Source: Owenia fusiformis
Lineage: Eukaryota
Assembly: GCA_903813345.2 (NCBI GenBank)
Contig: CAIIXF020000001.1
Span: 26,288,001 to 26,352,000, forward strand
DNA: 64,000 nt
Direction: 5' to 3'
Within the stretch, counting starts at the first letter, position 1, and every line of letters starts with the position of its first letter. A model generated the notes under the pieces. It had not been told where the DNA came from, did no database searches, and saw only the letters and a list, made by a program, of their open reading frames with translations. A program made the position numbers and the translations under genes. Below are positions 20,301 to 39,187 of the stretch, one piece after another.

Positions 20301-23300
20301 ACTCTTCCCCCTAGACATTTCGCAGTGTGTTTGTTTTAGAGAAAACATGGGACTATTGGGTTTGATACAAGACTATGTTTAATATTGTTATGTTTCAGTG
20401 ACGAAAGGAGGGAGCTTTGATGTGAAGGTGGAAAACCTGTTTGATAAGAAGGGCTATACACCCTGCATGTCTATATTTGATGTCCTCATGTTTAATGGAA
20501 AGGTATTGAACCCCATACTAAATATTTGAACAGGAATGTATGATAAAACAAAAATACAAAGATTTCAAAGCTTTTGAAGAAGGCTATTTTTATCACTATC
20601 AAGGAATAATTCATAATGTGATTTGAGTTATTTAGAGTGACAATGAATGTACCTGGTAATCAAACAAGGCAAAATGTAATACATGATTCAAAGCACTACC
20701 ATTTTTTCCATTATAGTATTGTCTTCTTGAATAGAACTAGAAGTTAAGACCCTCACTCAGCATCATATCTCTAACCTTCAATCTTTTAGCCTTCAAAGGC
20801 CAGCTTTATAGTCAAGCAAGTCATGATAATTGAAGAGCAACACATTAATTAGGATCATTATATTATGTATGTTAATTCGCATATTTGTCAATTCCCTGTT
20901 AAGACAAAGTTATGATAATATGTGACATGCTATTGTAGGTGTTGACCAACTTGCCTCTAAGGGAGAGGGTGAAATATTTAGAGGAGGTTCTTGTTCCTGT
21001 GCAAGGAAGAATTATGCTGGGGGATCGCAAATTGGGCAAAACAAAGTAAGCTCATTGGATACTTTTTGTAATTACTAAGTTTAAACACACCCATTGTTCA
21101 GAATTAAAAAAATATTTTATTTTCAAAGATTGATACTGCACATGTTCTCTTTTGACCAAGAATAATATTATGAAGGTCTAGAGATGCTAAAAAGAAAGCT
21201 AAAAAAGTTGTGTTCAAATGTCTTCATATTTCAAATTGTTGATTGACCTAAAATTGCATTTATAAGAAATAAGCTTTATACATGCATGCATATTGCTAAA
21301 TGTTGATTTAACACATTGCTGGCCAAAATTATTTTGGAGGTCTTCTGCTGGCTATTTGATAAAAAATTGAGCAAAATGGCATTTTTCATATTAGCATGAA
21401 ATGTACTGTATCAACACCCTCTTTGCTATGTTTTTGCTAGCGACCCCTACATTATTTGGTAAGATTATTTGTACAAATTGTATAACAAAATTGGTCAGAT
21501 ATGATAATAAAGTCATAGATGAAGTATCTTGGGGTTGGTCAGCAATGAGTTAAGGAAGTCAAATAAATGAAACATGCAATTTATTTCTTAAATTTCAGAC
21601 AGGATTGTGCCGATGCCCTTAATAATGCAATTGACAACCGTGAAGAGGGTATAATGGTTAAAGACCCTGAATCAATCTACAAGCCCAATGTACGGACTGG
21701 GGGCTGGTATAAAATCAAACCTGAGTATGTTGGTGGATTGATGGATGAGTTAGATCTGTTAATCGTTGGAGGTTATATGGGAAAGGGTCGTCGTAGCAAT
21801 ATGATGTCACACTTTCTTTGTGCCGTTGCTGTACCAACAGATGATGGTAGTCATCCAAAGGTTTTCCATTCTTTCTGCAAAGTGGGAACTGGGTATGTAA
21901 TGTTAACGATTAATGTAATACCCCCCCCCCATGACACGAGCATTTCATTAAATGTATGACATTGTAAACCATTGCAGCAACTTGGTGCTTCCTTCACCCT
22001 GTTGAGAATTTGAAATTTACATACCACACAGTCAAAAATATACTGGTGTCAGCTTTAACCTCTAACTCCACGAGAAAACAAAAGCTTTTCAATTGGATGG
22101 TGTCATATTGTTCGGAAATGATTTATCTTTCAAATGATGTATACTACATGGCATGGTTTAACAATATATCATATAATATTTATCCTTAAACATGGGTATT
22201 GGTTTTTTGGCCTTCCCTTTATTTGTCAAAAAATGGAATATTGACATGTTTTGACCAAAAACTTGTAAAGTTAGGATTCAACACTCTGTTGAGAGAAAAG
22301 GGCTGAATTGGATGTATCATTTTATTTTCATTTAAATGCTTTTGAATTTTCTCTCATGAAATATTTTATATCAAAACAGTTCTCAACTGAATAATATGTT
22401 TGGTTCTGATTTAGGTATTCAATTGATGAACTAAGGCAATTCAATGATGAAATAGATTGGCTGAAATATAATAAAGACAAAGCTCCAGATTGCATTGTCC
22501 TTGCTCAAGGATTTAAGGAAAAACCAGATGCATGGGTTCCTCCATCCAAGGCTTATATTGTTCAGGTTAGCAAGCTATAAATAATTCCATATTATGTGAA
22601 GTTATGGGTATATTTCATGTTGAAATCAGTGCTGTTTATATGACTTTCTTCATATGTAAGTTCTTTTAATTGGCCAAAGACACAAAAATTATTATCCCAT
22701 CGAACGAAGTTCGGAGGGATATAGGGAACGCCTCCGTCCGTCCGTCCGTCCGTCCGTACGTACGTCCGTCCGTCCGTACGTCCGTCCGTACGTACGTCCG
22801 TCCGTCCGTCCGGGCAATAACTCAAATACCGTTGGCCCAATTTTGTTCATATTTTGTACACATATACCCTATGGGGGTAGAAGTTCTGCTCGAAAGCCGA
22901 TTTTCAAAATGGTCGCTCATTTCAAAATGGCGGCCATTTTAGTGCCGATTTTACAGTAATTTAGGTGTAATATGTAAAACTGTAATAGCAATATGTTTTA
23001 AATGTAAAAAAATTATAAAGGACATTAATAATGCTACAAATGTAGATATTAAAGAAGCACATGGCAGCCATCTTGAAAAATGGCGGCCTTTACTTGCATT
23101 TTACAATTTTTGCTATAACTCAAAAAATAGTGGAGCAATTTTGTTCATATTTGGTATGTGAATACTATAAGCATTGCACACTGTCTAAAAACACTTTTGG
23201 TAGAAGGCGGCCATTTTTCAAAATGGCTGCCATTTTAACGTATTTTACTATAACTCGAAAAGTAGTGGAACGATTTTGTTTATATTTGGTATGTGAATAC

Positions 23301-26300
23301 TATAAGCATGGCACACTGTCCTATGACACTTTTGGTAGAAGGCGGCCATTTTGAAAAATGGCTGCCATTTTAACGTATTTTACTATAACTCGAAAAGTAG
23401 TGGAGCGATTTTGTTCATATTTGGTATGTGAATACTATAAGCATGGCACACTGTCATATGACACTTTTGGTAGAAGGCGGCCATTTTGAAAAAAAAATTG
23501 AAAACGTATTTTACTATAACTCGAAAAGTAGTGGAGCGATTTTGTTCATATTTGGTATGTGAATACTATAAGTATGGCACACTGTCCTATGACACTTTTG
23601 GTAGAAGGCGGCCATTTTGAAATTTTTTTTGAAAAATGGCCGCCATTTTAACGTATTTTTCTATAACTCGAAAAGTAGTGGAGTGATTTTGTTCATATTT
23701 GGTATGTGAATACAATAAGCATGGCACACTGTCTATTTCTAATGACACTTTTGGTAGACGGTGGCCATTTTGAAAAATGGCCGCCATTTTAACATATTTT
23801 ACTATAACTCGAAAAGTAGTGGAGCTGTTTTGTTTATATTTGATATGTGAATACTTTAAGCATGGCACATTGTCTAATAAAACTTTGGGGAGTAGTTGGC
23901 CATTTTGAAAAATGGCCACCATTTTTATGTGTGTAATTTTACAAGTACGTGTGAGATTTTTCAAAAATTTTAGAGGTGGCTACTTAAAAGCATATTATTT
24001 CTTCTGATGACAACTTGGCTAGTGAGCAACCATTTTGAAAATGGTGGCCTTTCTGGTGTGTTGTTTTATGATATTTGCTATTCGTTTGTAAAAATGCCAG
24101 CGATTTCTGTTCGATGGGATTCGCTACGCTTTGGCGTTGCCGTTGTTCTGGTTTGACATCCACATGTTTATGTGTAGGTGAAGGCAGCTGAGATAACAGC
24201 GAGTAGAAGTTTCAAAACAGGTTACACTCTCAGGTTCCCGCGGGTTGAGAAATTCAGGACAGATAAGAACTGGTATGACTGTATGACCACAACAGAACTG
24301 GAAGACCTGCGAAATGTAAGTCATCATTTATATTGCTTGTTGCATATTATCGTTTTATTTCACATGCTTCTCATTCTTTCTATATTGATTTAATTAAATA
24401 AATTAAAATGTGTATGCATTAATCTACAGGCAGTAAATCATATTGCTCCCAAACTCAATACTCAGTATTGTACACTAAGTGCCATTGAAAAATTTGCTTT
24501 ACATCAGTTAATCTTTTCAGAAATCACAAGGCAAGCTGGCTGGTAGGCATGCAGATGTTTCAGAGGAATCGGAGAGTCCAAAGAAAAAGCGAAAGTTGGC
24601 ACCAAGACAGGAGAGAGCCACTGTGGCGTCACAGTTCAGAGGAATTGATACTTCAACTGTCCTCAAGGTAAGAGCATACTATTATGTAAAGTGTCTCTAA
24701 GAATAATCTGAGTTGGTGTCAGTATGTAAGTTTAGATGTAAAAGGTTGATGATAATCATTTTTTATCCCAGCAAAGTGACAACTGGATGTTCATTGAGAT
24801 TTTTAAACTATTGCTTGATAATAGTGATGTTAAGAAAAATGTATGAGATGCTGAAATTGGAGAATTCATTCTAGCCCTAATTTAATTTTAATCCATCCCC
24901 CCTATCTAACTGATGTATGTCTGATTGTCTGTCAGGTTTAAGGTCAGGTCTGGCCGGGTAATAAATAATAAATAATATTTAAGCAGAAATGAGGAAAAAT
25001 TTCTTTGTAGATCTCCGAGATGTTTGCTGGTAAAGAGTTTTCTGTGATCAACGGTTCTGCCAAATATTCCAAACAGAGCTTAGAGAAGAAGATAGTTGAA
25101 TATGGTGGCACTATTGTACAGAATCCCAGTAAGTACTCCATGTTTGCTGATCTGTGATCAATGGCACTGTTCTCAAATATTTAAATCAGAGCTTAGAGAA
25201 GAAGATGGAAGAATATGATGGCACACTTGTACATTTCACTAAGTACTATGTATAGAGGCACCATTTTACAAAATGTTATTATCACCATTGCAGAATTCTA
25301 GTAAGTTGTATCCTTGTTCAGCTTTGGCAGTTTTTATGCCAAATTGCATGCAATACAAGACATTTATATAGTCTTAACCCATGGCTTATTTTCCCAGGTA
25401 GTGACACCTATTGTGTGCTAGCAGAGAAGGTGGCCCTTAAAGTGAAGAATCTGATCAGCCGCAATATATATGATATTGTCAAGGTTGACTGGTTTGTAAG
25501 GTGCTTTGAGAGCAACACATATATTCCATGGTAAATATTCTCACCACCTCATCAATTTGATTAAAGGCAAGAATGGGAACCAGATAATTGAATAACATAT
25601 GGTCTTAAAAACCTATATGTTCTCGTGAGCTATCTGTCACATGCCAATTTTCCAACATTTTAATTGGAACAGATGAAGATCTGCAATTTAGGCTAAAATA
25701 AATATTACAGTTCTTTCCATTGGCTACATTTATTAAGGAAGTCCAAATTCACGATTGAGTTGTAATTTGTAGTTAGAAAGCATTGCTCACATTAGGTACA
25801 TCATTAGGACTTCAAACCTACTTGTCAAAATGATATTACACACCAGCCAGACTAGTCTTTATGTTTTATGCTATCCATGCTGAGAAAATTGAGTGGTCCA
25901 GATATAAAACTAGTTCAAAGCATGAACCCTGATAAACCATGTGTGTTCATGGAAGTATGGTTGAAGTTGTAGAGTGAGTACGTATTCAGCTTTACTCCTA
26001 ATAATTAACCTAAAATTCAAACCTAAAATATTTCTTTTAAGGGTGCCATCAGACATGATCCACACAAGTGCTATTACTGCTGAACGGTTTGCCCAGGAGT
26101 ATGATCGTTATGGGGACAGTTACTATAACGACACTGGTACAGAACAAATTAAACAAGCATTTGCCAAAATAGGAGAGGAGGTTAGAGAATGAGATTTTTA
26201 ACTTCTCAGGATTTTTCCAACAAATTGTTCATGATAACATTTCACAATTTGAACCCAATAAACTTGAAATTTGAGGTCATGTTTCATGATATATCTACAT

Positions 26301-29042
26301 GTATGATATATTCCTTTTAGTAGAAATAGCAATAAACTTTGATGTCACTGTATAGCCTAATGGATGGAATAAAATATTTGCTCATGTCATTAATCAATAA
26401 GAATCAAGGTCTTTTTTACAATTCTGTTCATAGTCGAACCAGAACATATCATTTTCTTAAAATGGGATGTGATTGTGAACCATAATATTATTTTCATAAT
26501 TTAGTTAAATTTATTTTATACATTACAATTCATGCACATACTGTGTTTGACTTATCGTTGCATAATATATTCCTTATCAATATATTGTATTTCATATGAA
26601 ATACTAATAGTATATAAAATGTCATATTTATAGAAAGATGGGACATCTTTGATGACGGAAGATGTAGCAGAAATAGAAATGAAGTACTTTCCTGATGAGT
26701 GCCCCTTGGGAATATTTAGACTTGCTAGGTAGGTGACAGAACTGCTCTTATAGTGTTTTCCATATTGCTTTGAAGTCTCATTTTTTATGAGATTGAAGGA
26801 TATCCATAAACAACTAGCATTTTTTCTATTTGATGACATATTTGAATTCTGTTCGTAATTTTTTATCAAACTGTGATTTACACCAATATCTTCCTGTATT
26901 CAATTTCCCAGGATGTTTAAATTTTCTGAAAAAGGTTGGGTTAAATTCCCATTGCCACAGTGTTAAAAATCTGTAAAAGTCTATTTACTCTTTTAAGGAT
27001 CATAATTTTAATGCTTAATTAATCACAATACAAGTGCCAACAAGACCATGCAGTGCAGTTCAACATAATGCAACTGGAAATACTTGATGTCTTAATAAAT
27101 CCAGATTTAAGTGACTCAACCTTTATTTCTAGGGTCTATGTTGATGTCAACCATACAGTGAATAACTCAGAGAGCCATATACCGAATAGTCCCCTTGAAA
27201 TCACCAGTTTGGACTTGAGGTTCTATGGGGCAACTATTGCAGATACAATAGATGATGATGTCTCACATGTTGTACTTCACTCAGGGTAAGCAGCAACTGT
27301 TAACATGTAGTGTATTTAGAGTTTGAACCTGGGACCAACGATGGAAAATAATTGGGAGGTTAATTTTATATTGCAGATTTTTATTTGAGAGTTTAAAATA
27401 ACCAAAATTAGAGATGTAAATGAATCTAGAAGCAAGAAAAGGAAGCAACACCCAATAAGTTATATGTCATTTTGAAGGGCTATACCCATACTTGATGTTT
27501 TTTGAAAAAAATGTGAATATGCAAATGAGATAGTGTCATTGTGACGTCATAATTCAAGATGGCGCAGTAGGATTTTTTTCAAAATATAATTATTTTAGCA
27601 TTTAATTTTTTATTGAGACTTCAATTTAAAAATCTGGAAACGCAGAATTATAGATCTTCTTATGCTGATTTCAGTGGTATTTATACCATGACATAACTCC
27701 TACAAATAAATTATTTAGGGCTTCGAGGAAATCCCTATGGCGATTTAACATGGGATTTTATCGTTTTCGCAATTTTTCGCACGCTCACCAGCTTCGGATC
27801 ACTGTAACTTTGTAAATACTTAACGAAAAGTCATGAACTTTTTTTAAAAATGTTTGTACAGACTTCAAGATTAAATAAATTGATAAATCATGCATTTTTA
27901 TCACCAGGTGTCCCTTGGAGACCCCTTAGAACAAAATCGATCATATATGATCGATTTTGGTTTATTGTTATTCTAAGGGGTCTCCAGGGGCGTCATTTCA
28001 ATAAAACTGCAAGAATAATGCATTTTCTAAAAGAATGGACCAGTAGGAACATTTAAAAAAAAGATTGTTTGAATCTGATGACTCTGTGCAAAGTTAGAGG
28101 CACTTGAATCTGACATGTCGCGAAAAAGTATCGAAAACGATAAAATCCCATGTTCAATCGCCATAGGGATTTTCCGAGAATTTGCAGTCTCGGAGCTCTA
28201 AAAAATTTATTTGTAGGAGTTATGTCATAGTACAAATACAACTGAAATCAGCATAAGAAGATCTATAATTCTGCGTTTTCAGATTTTTAAATTGAAGTCT
28301 CAATAAAAAACTAAATGCTAAAATAATTCGATTTTGAAAAAAATCCAACTGCACCATCTTGAATTATGACGTCACAATGACACTATCTCATTTGCATATT
28401 CACATTTTTTTCAAAAAACATCAAGTATGGGTATAGCCCTTCAAAATGACATATAACTTATTGGGTGTTGCTTCCTTTTCTTGCTTCTAGATTCATTTAC
28501 ATTTCAGTTTTTCATTTCTTTCCATTTTCCCCAAAATTTTCAGTCATGAAGGAGTTAAAAAAAGAAATAAGGGCAAATGCCATGAGAAAAAAAAGTAAAT
28601 GCTTATATAGCAATATTTGACTCATTTAACCCAGAAAACATTATTACTGATCAATACCTTTATTGTTTGATAAGGAACTTAGATTTTTTAGGTTACTTGA
28701 ATATTAATGTTAGCGAACAAAGCAAACTGGGGTCACTAGGCTAAGAAAAACTTTGTAAAGCTGAGAATTAAAAATCAACTGTTGTAGCCATTGATTAATG
28801 ACGCTATATTAAGCGAGAACAATGTACTTTGGAAAATCTGAACAAAATTTCTGCAAATTAAATTTATAAGGAGATTAAAAATTCTCATTTCTTATTTCAG
28901 TGATGTCTCTAGGGTAAAGAAATTCAGGGATCTAAACAGAAAACGAGATAAGAAGTTCCATATTCTAACAGACACCTGGGTGTTGGACAGTATAAAATCA
29001 AGTAGAATGATGCCAGAAAGGGGATATGAACCACACTGTTGA
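17367..29042 (+). CDS. LIG4: DNA ligase IV (NHEJ ligase), complete, 18 coding exons, 913 aa
   Basis: Exons 17367-17540, 18292-18369, 18656-18757, 18986-19294, 19570-19781, 20020-20165, 20399-20502, 20939-21045, 21599-21892, 22415-22565, 24178-24315, 24521-24667, 25011-25128, 25398-25530, 26042-26180, 26634-26728, 27133-27285, 28901-29042; all GT-AG and in phase, total 2742 nt. Motifs: [12 protein letters not shown] (adenylated Lys), [36 protein letters not shown], two C-terminal BRCT regions with the YDRYGDSY linker. Confidence 0.96.
22690..24147 (+). mobile_element. Helentron-associated (HINE/DINE-1-like) element in LIG4 intron 10
   Basis: SubTIR ATCCCATCGAAC (22694) with adjacent IR; (TCCG/TACG)n microsatellite at ~22733-22812; ~6-7 tandem ~135-bp units; matching GTTCGATGGGAT at 24109-24120, then a short 3' stem-loop. 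Related left-block fragments at ~11740-11825 and ~5490-5555 (minus). Confidence 0.85.
25140..25250 (+). pseudogene. Decayed tandem duplicate of LIG4 exon 13
   Basis: Aligns to 25020-25140 (ATGTTTGCTG..TCTGTGATCAA..CAGAGCTTAGAGAAGAAGAT..GAATATG.TGGCAC..TTGTACA..TAAGTACT), with a ~10-bp deletion, no acceptor and a donor changed to CTAAGT. Confidence 0.8.
27414..28502. mobile_element. ~1.09-kb foldback element in the last LIG4 intron
   Basis: Near-perfect inverted arms of ~370 bp (ATGTAAATGAATCTAGAAGCAAG... / ...CTTGCTTCTAGATTCATTTACAT). Central 28-bp palindrome CAAAATCGATCATATATGATCGATTTTG. No clear TSD. Confidence 0.85.
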
Positions 29043-30998
29043 GAAACAACCTCCGAGATGCATAAGTTCAGGGAGAGGCACATTTCTTAACGCCAAGAAA
29101 CTTTGATATTGACTGAGATGAATGTGCTAAATATTTATATTTAATCTTGATATGAAATTGTGAGATGCTCCCAGTATATTGAATACTTGGGTACATATCA
29201 TAGTCAACTAAGACTAGTACATGTGATAAGTAATATTATGTTCCTGGAGTTTCTTGTTTTGATGGGTATTTAAATGAAGCTAGAGGCTTAAAATTCAGGG
29301 ATGCTTCACTAAAAATAATAATGTATATGTGGGTTATTTTGAATGTATCTTCGAAATCATGACAAGTATACAATGATAGCCCTACATGTAATGTAGTGCA
29401 ATACAACTCATAAGTAGTCATTTGTTGTTTAACAAATCGTCGTCTTGTTTTTTGATAAGCTATGTCTGCACATATTAATATTTTACATATTATTTTTATA
29501 AATACATAGAAAAAAACAAAATAAAGTTTCATGTATCATATCATATATTATTTTATGTTGAACTAACTAGCTATACACCACAAACTACATGTACAGTTAC
29601 AGAAAACCATTAGATCACAAGTAGGGTGTAACATAAGCACCAAATGGAGCCAGTGAGTTTCCATCTGGGCCAGTTGATTTTAAGCATTTACAGAAAAACC
29701 TGGCAACTGACCTAGAATTCAAAATTACAAATTATAATCACCATATTCAAGTTTCAAATTTATGCACAATGGGCTGAACTATGCAACGAATGGCTTACTG
29801 CTGTCATTAAAGCACTACCTCCTATTAAAGCACTGCTTCCTTATCACAAAATGTTACAACTTGTGTGCCTCAAAAAAGTGGTTTATTATGTTCATTCCCA
29901 CAAAGAAGCATGCTGCCACTATGAAACCATGCATAATTAACCACATTATGATAAAATTAACCCAATCACATAAAATCTATTTAGAATAAGTCCAACTTCA
30001 CCAGTCATTATGATAGCTGTAAAGTATGAATGGATGTTTTGTAACTGGCATGCAGTTCATTTTGCAGGTTCTACTGCATATTGCACTTTGAGTTTGGTGG
30101 TCATTTAACCCATTGAATCCTAAAATGTGTTATGAACCATTGTTAAAATGTGTTTTGAAGCATTGTTAATTTTTTAGGCTTCAATGGGTGTATACAAATG
30201 ATGCTTTATTATGATATATAATACATGTATATGGTAGCAATTTTCATTAACACTACAGCATTATCTCATTTTCAGCTACGTCCCTAATTTGTTAATTTTA
30301 TGTCCCTTATTTTTACAGACTTGCGAATTTTACTAACAGAAAAATTATGAGACACCAACATTTTTAGTTTTGAACTGATTTCTCTAGTATTCACTATATT
30401 TGTATTTAATATTCCTGAATCTAAACTTCTATCAAAACAAAATAGTTTTAGATTGAAGATTAGCTCCCTAACATATAATGGTCATACTCTACTAATATAA
30501 CTCTACTTTTACAGTATGAGTATCACCAAACTTTTAACTGCTCATTTGTACAATATTTTGTAATTTATACATATCTTTACAATTTACAGTATGTACAACA
30601 CTGATTTAATCTATACATTAAAATAGTATAACAACTTACAATCATTTTTTCACAATTCTACACAGTATCACTTGCTTTGAATAAATAATCGTCAATATCT
30701 ATTTATATACACAGTAAAATTAGTTGTTTTGAGTTACTTATCCTTGGAGAGCAATCTGACATCATAAAATGGAGAGAAAGAAAATTATTCTCAAAATATG
30801 GAATGTTTACTGTGTATCGTTCTTTGTTCTTGCCAATAGTTTCACTTTCAACTTTTACTTTGGAAGAACATTAAAATATTGACAAAATGTTTTGGTTGTT
30901 TTAAATATAATTGTTCAATCCATTAGTCTTGAATTTACATCCAGGTTCATTGGAATGAAACATCTAATAGTGGGAATGGTTGCAAATATGAAACCAAT

Positions 30999-36870
<5,872 letters not shown>

Positions 36871-36879
36871 GCTGGCTTA

Positions 36880-37374
36880 AATTGTAAAAGAAGCGACTCT
36901 AATATCTAGATATTCAGGAAAATATATAACGAAATTTTGAGGGCACCTGATTATTACTCAAGTCTCCAATAGTACGAAATTTCGCGAGAAGTGTAAGAGG
37001 GGTCCAACTATTTTTATGCGCAATATATTTATCACCTATGTCATTTTTATTAAAATCATTATATTGAAAAATATGTATGCATATTTGCTTCCGAAATTAT
37101 TTCTATTGAGAAATCTAAAAAATTCTGGCTAAAATAACCGTACTTTACAATATATAATTTTGCGCATTTTTTATATGTTGCTTTGAAATCTCGCTGTTGC
37201 TTAGAGTTGAACTTGAGGAAGTGTTGAACTAGCAAAGTTTGTTTTTAAAGTGCTTTTTATGCATTGTACCTTCATACTAAAGTAACATTAGTAACGTCAT
37301 CAAGTAAATGGATACATCAAGTATAATTAAAAAGTGATTTAGCTCAAAGAATGAAAGAATGAGCATGGAATCAG
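36880..37374. promoter_or_regulatory. Putative promoter of ATP6V0B, possibly shared divergently with the EH-domain gene
   Basis: CCAAT at 36966-36970 and TTCGCGAGA at 36981-36989, about 100 bp upstream of the ATP6V0B ATG. On the plus strand, ATGGAATCAG|GTAAAA at 37365-37380 is phase-compatible with exon 44303. Confidence 0.45.
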
Positions 37375-38166
37375 GTAAAATCTAAGACATATTTCATTCA
37401 TTTTTTGAATTTTTATTTGATTTGATTTTTCATTGAAAATTTCAATTTAAATCTAATTTTCATTTCAAAAAATCTTAGCGACTATGCATTCTTCCTTTAG
37501 GGCTTCATGAATAAACGATTAGAAGTTTATTGTCCATAATCATTATATGTACCTCAAAATTGCACTTCACCCCACCAATATGGGCTTGAAATGTGAGGGG
37601 GAAGTAAGAGGTGATTCATCTTTACTCGAGTCTCTAGCCAATACTTGGCTAGAGGGGATTTCATCTGGAATACTGTGAACTCTATTTGAAAAAAGCTGGC
37701 CGTGGTGTCATAATTTTATTGAATATTTTAAAAATGGTGAGGTAATGAGACCAAAACTCACAAATTTTATGATTACGACATGACCAGTTGTTCATGCAGG
37801 AATATATCTGTACTGGAAGGCCACGATACAGTGGCCTTAGAAGAAGGTAAATTCACCTCCTCTTGCTGAAATTTTTAAATGGCAAAGGGAACAGACAAAA
37901 ATGTAAAATGTTGTAGAATACAGGGCATAGCCAGCTTTCAGTCAGGCTCTTTTCTGCTTTTATCTCATGGTTATATTTTCATTAGTTATGGGGGGTGCGA
38001 CTGCACCTATCGCACCCCCTCTGGCTATGCCTATGGAGTGTTACATACATTTACTAGCATTTGTATGGGAGTCAGTGAAACTGTAATGACCTGTTGGCAT
38101 GCTCATCCGGGGAGCTGTAGTATAACGAGCCATTTACTAGACCTGAAAGGGAATGTGCTAAATTCA

Positions 38167-38240
38167 AGGCCCCATGCTGGAATCGAACCAAAGAACTTAC
38201 GCTTACAAGACTGATGCTCTGCCGATTTAGCAAAAGGGCC
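38167..38240 (-). pseudogene. Degenerate tRNA-Thr(UGU)-like sequence (pseudogene or SINE head)
   Basis: GGCCCTTTTGCTAAATCGGCAGAGCATCAGTCTTGTAAGCGTAAGTTCTTTGGTTCGATTCCAGCATGGGGCCT: acceptor-like ends, A-box-like segment, CTTGTAA loop and B-box GGTTCGATTCC. Anticodon and T stems pair poorly. Confidence 0.6.
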
Positions 38241-38656
38241 TAGCCACTTCGGGTTTGTGTAAAAACCAGAATGACTGGGTGACCGGGTACCTAACATTCC
38301 TAACAGGGTTAGAAATTTGATTTTTCATTTTATACCCTAAAACATGCCAATGAACAATCCTCCCAACTCAACGTACCAACCAATCAAACAATCAACCAAC
38401 TAACCAATCTACCAATATATCTAGATGCGAGTAGAAATAATCTAGATTTTAACTTCATTAAATATTCAAAATTTAGTTAAAAGGATATCATATTTGAAGT
38501 CTACATGTAAAATTGCATCTTGAAATGTGATTTAAAAAAGTACCAACTTTGAAAATTTAGTTTTCTTTGAAAATGTGACTGCTAGTTCGGGGAGATTCCC
38601 TGTAGACCCCATGCTACAAATCCACAAAAAAGTGAAATATCTTTTCTTGTGTTGGA

Positions 38657-38743
38657 CAGATATGAGCCCCCTCTAAATATTGGGTGCGGAGGTACATTTA
38701 TGGAGCTCCTCCGCACCCAATATTTAGAGGGGGCTCATATCTG
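38657..38743. repeat. Perfect 36-bp-stem hairpin (15-nt loop)
   Basis: CAGATATGAGCCCCCTCTAAATATTGGGTGCGGAGG at 38657-38692 and its exact reverse complement at 38708-38743. A related arm lies at ~39084-39110. Confidence 0.85.
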
Positions 38744-39155
38744 AAAAACATTTCCGAATTTTTATAAAATCACACAGATACTGCCTGGCTTCCAAGATGC
38801 AAAAATAATTTGTATAGATAGTGTACCTTGAACACCATTTTTTATGAATGCTGTGGGGACTCAGTATTAAAAGGATAATTTCAAAATATATAGGTCTGGG
38901 AAAGGTTTAAGGCACACTGCGTCGCTATAGAATGAGTTGCGCTACTATTTTCACAATTGTATTGATATTTGGTGTCAAATACACATATCTTGGTATATTT
39001 GAAGTCCCAAAACGTCTTAGTTTCAGAAATATCCGAAATTTAAATTCAAAAATGACCGTTAGCTCCGCACCCTCCGCTCATTTGCTCCGCACCCAATATT
39101 TCCCACAGGCTCTGTCTGTATAGGGTGCTATTGCTTTTTTCCAGTTTTCCTATTA

Positions 39156-39156
39156 T

Positions 39157-39186
<30 letters not shown>
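39156..39186. repeat. (CTTT)n microsatellite, possibly the head of a decayed HINE-like element
   Basis: About 7 CTTT units, followed downstream by AGGTCAAAGGTCA. Confidence 0.6.

Positions 39187-39187
<1 letters not shown>

Noticed and set aside
22592..23964. ORFs with RTDG/VRPS repeats and MAAIL repeats
   Set aside because: They are translations of the HINE microsatellite and tandem units inside a LIG4 intron.
38167..38240. Functional tRNA-Thr gene
   Set aside because: The anticodon and T stems do not pair properly; reported as a pseudogene/SINE head instead.
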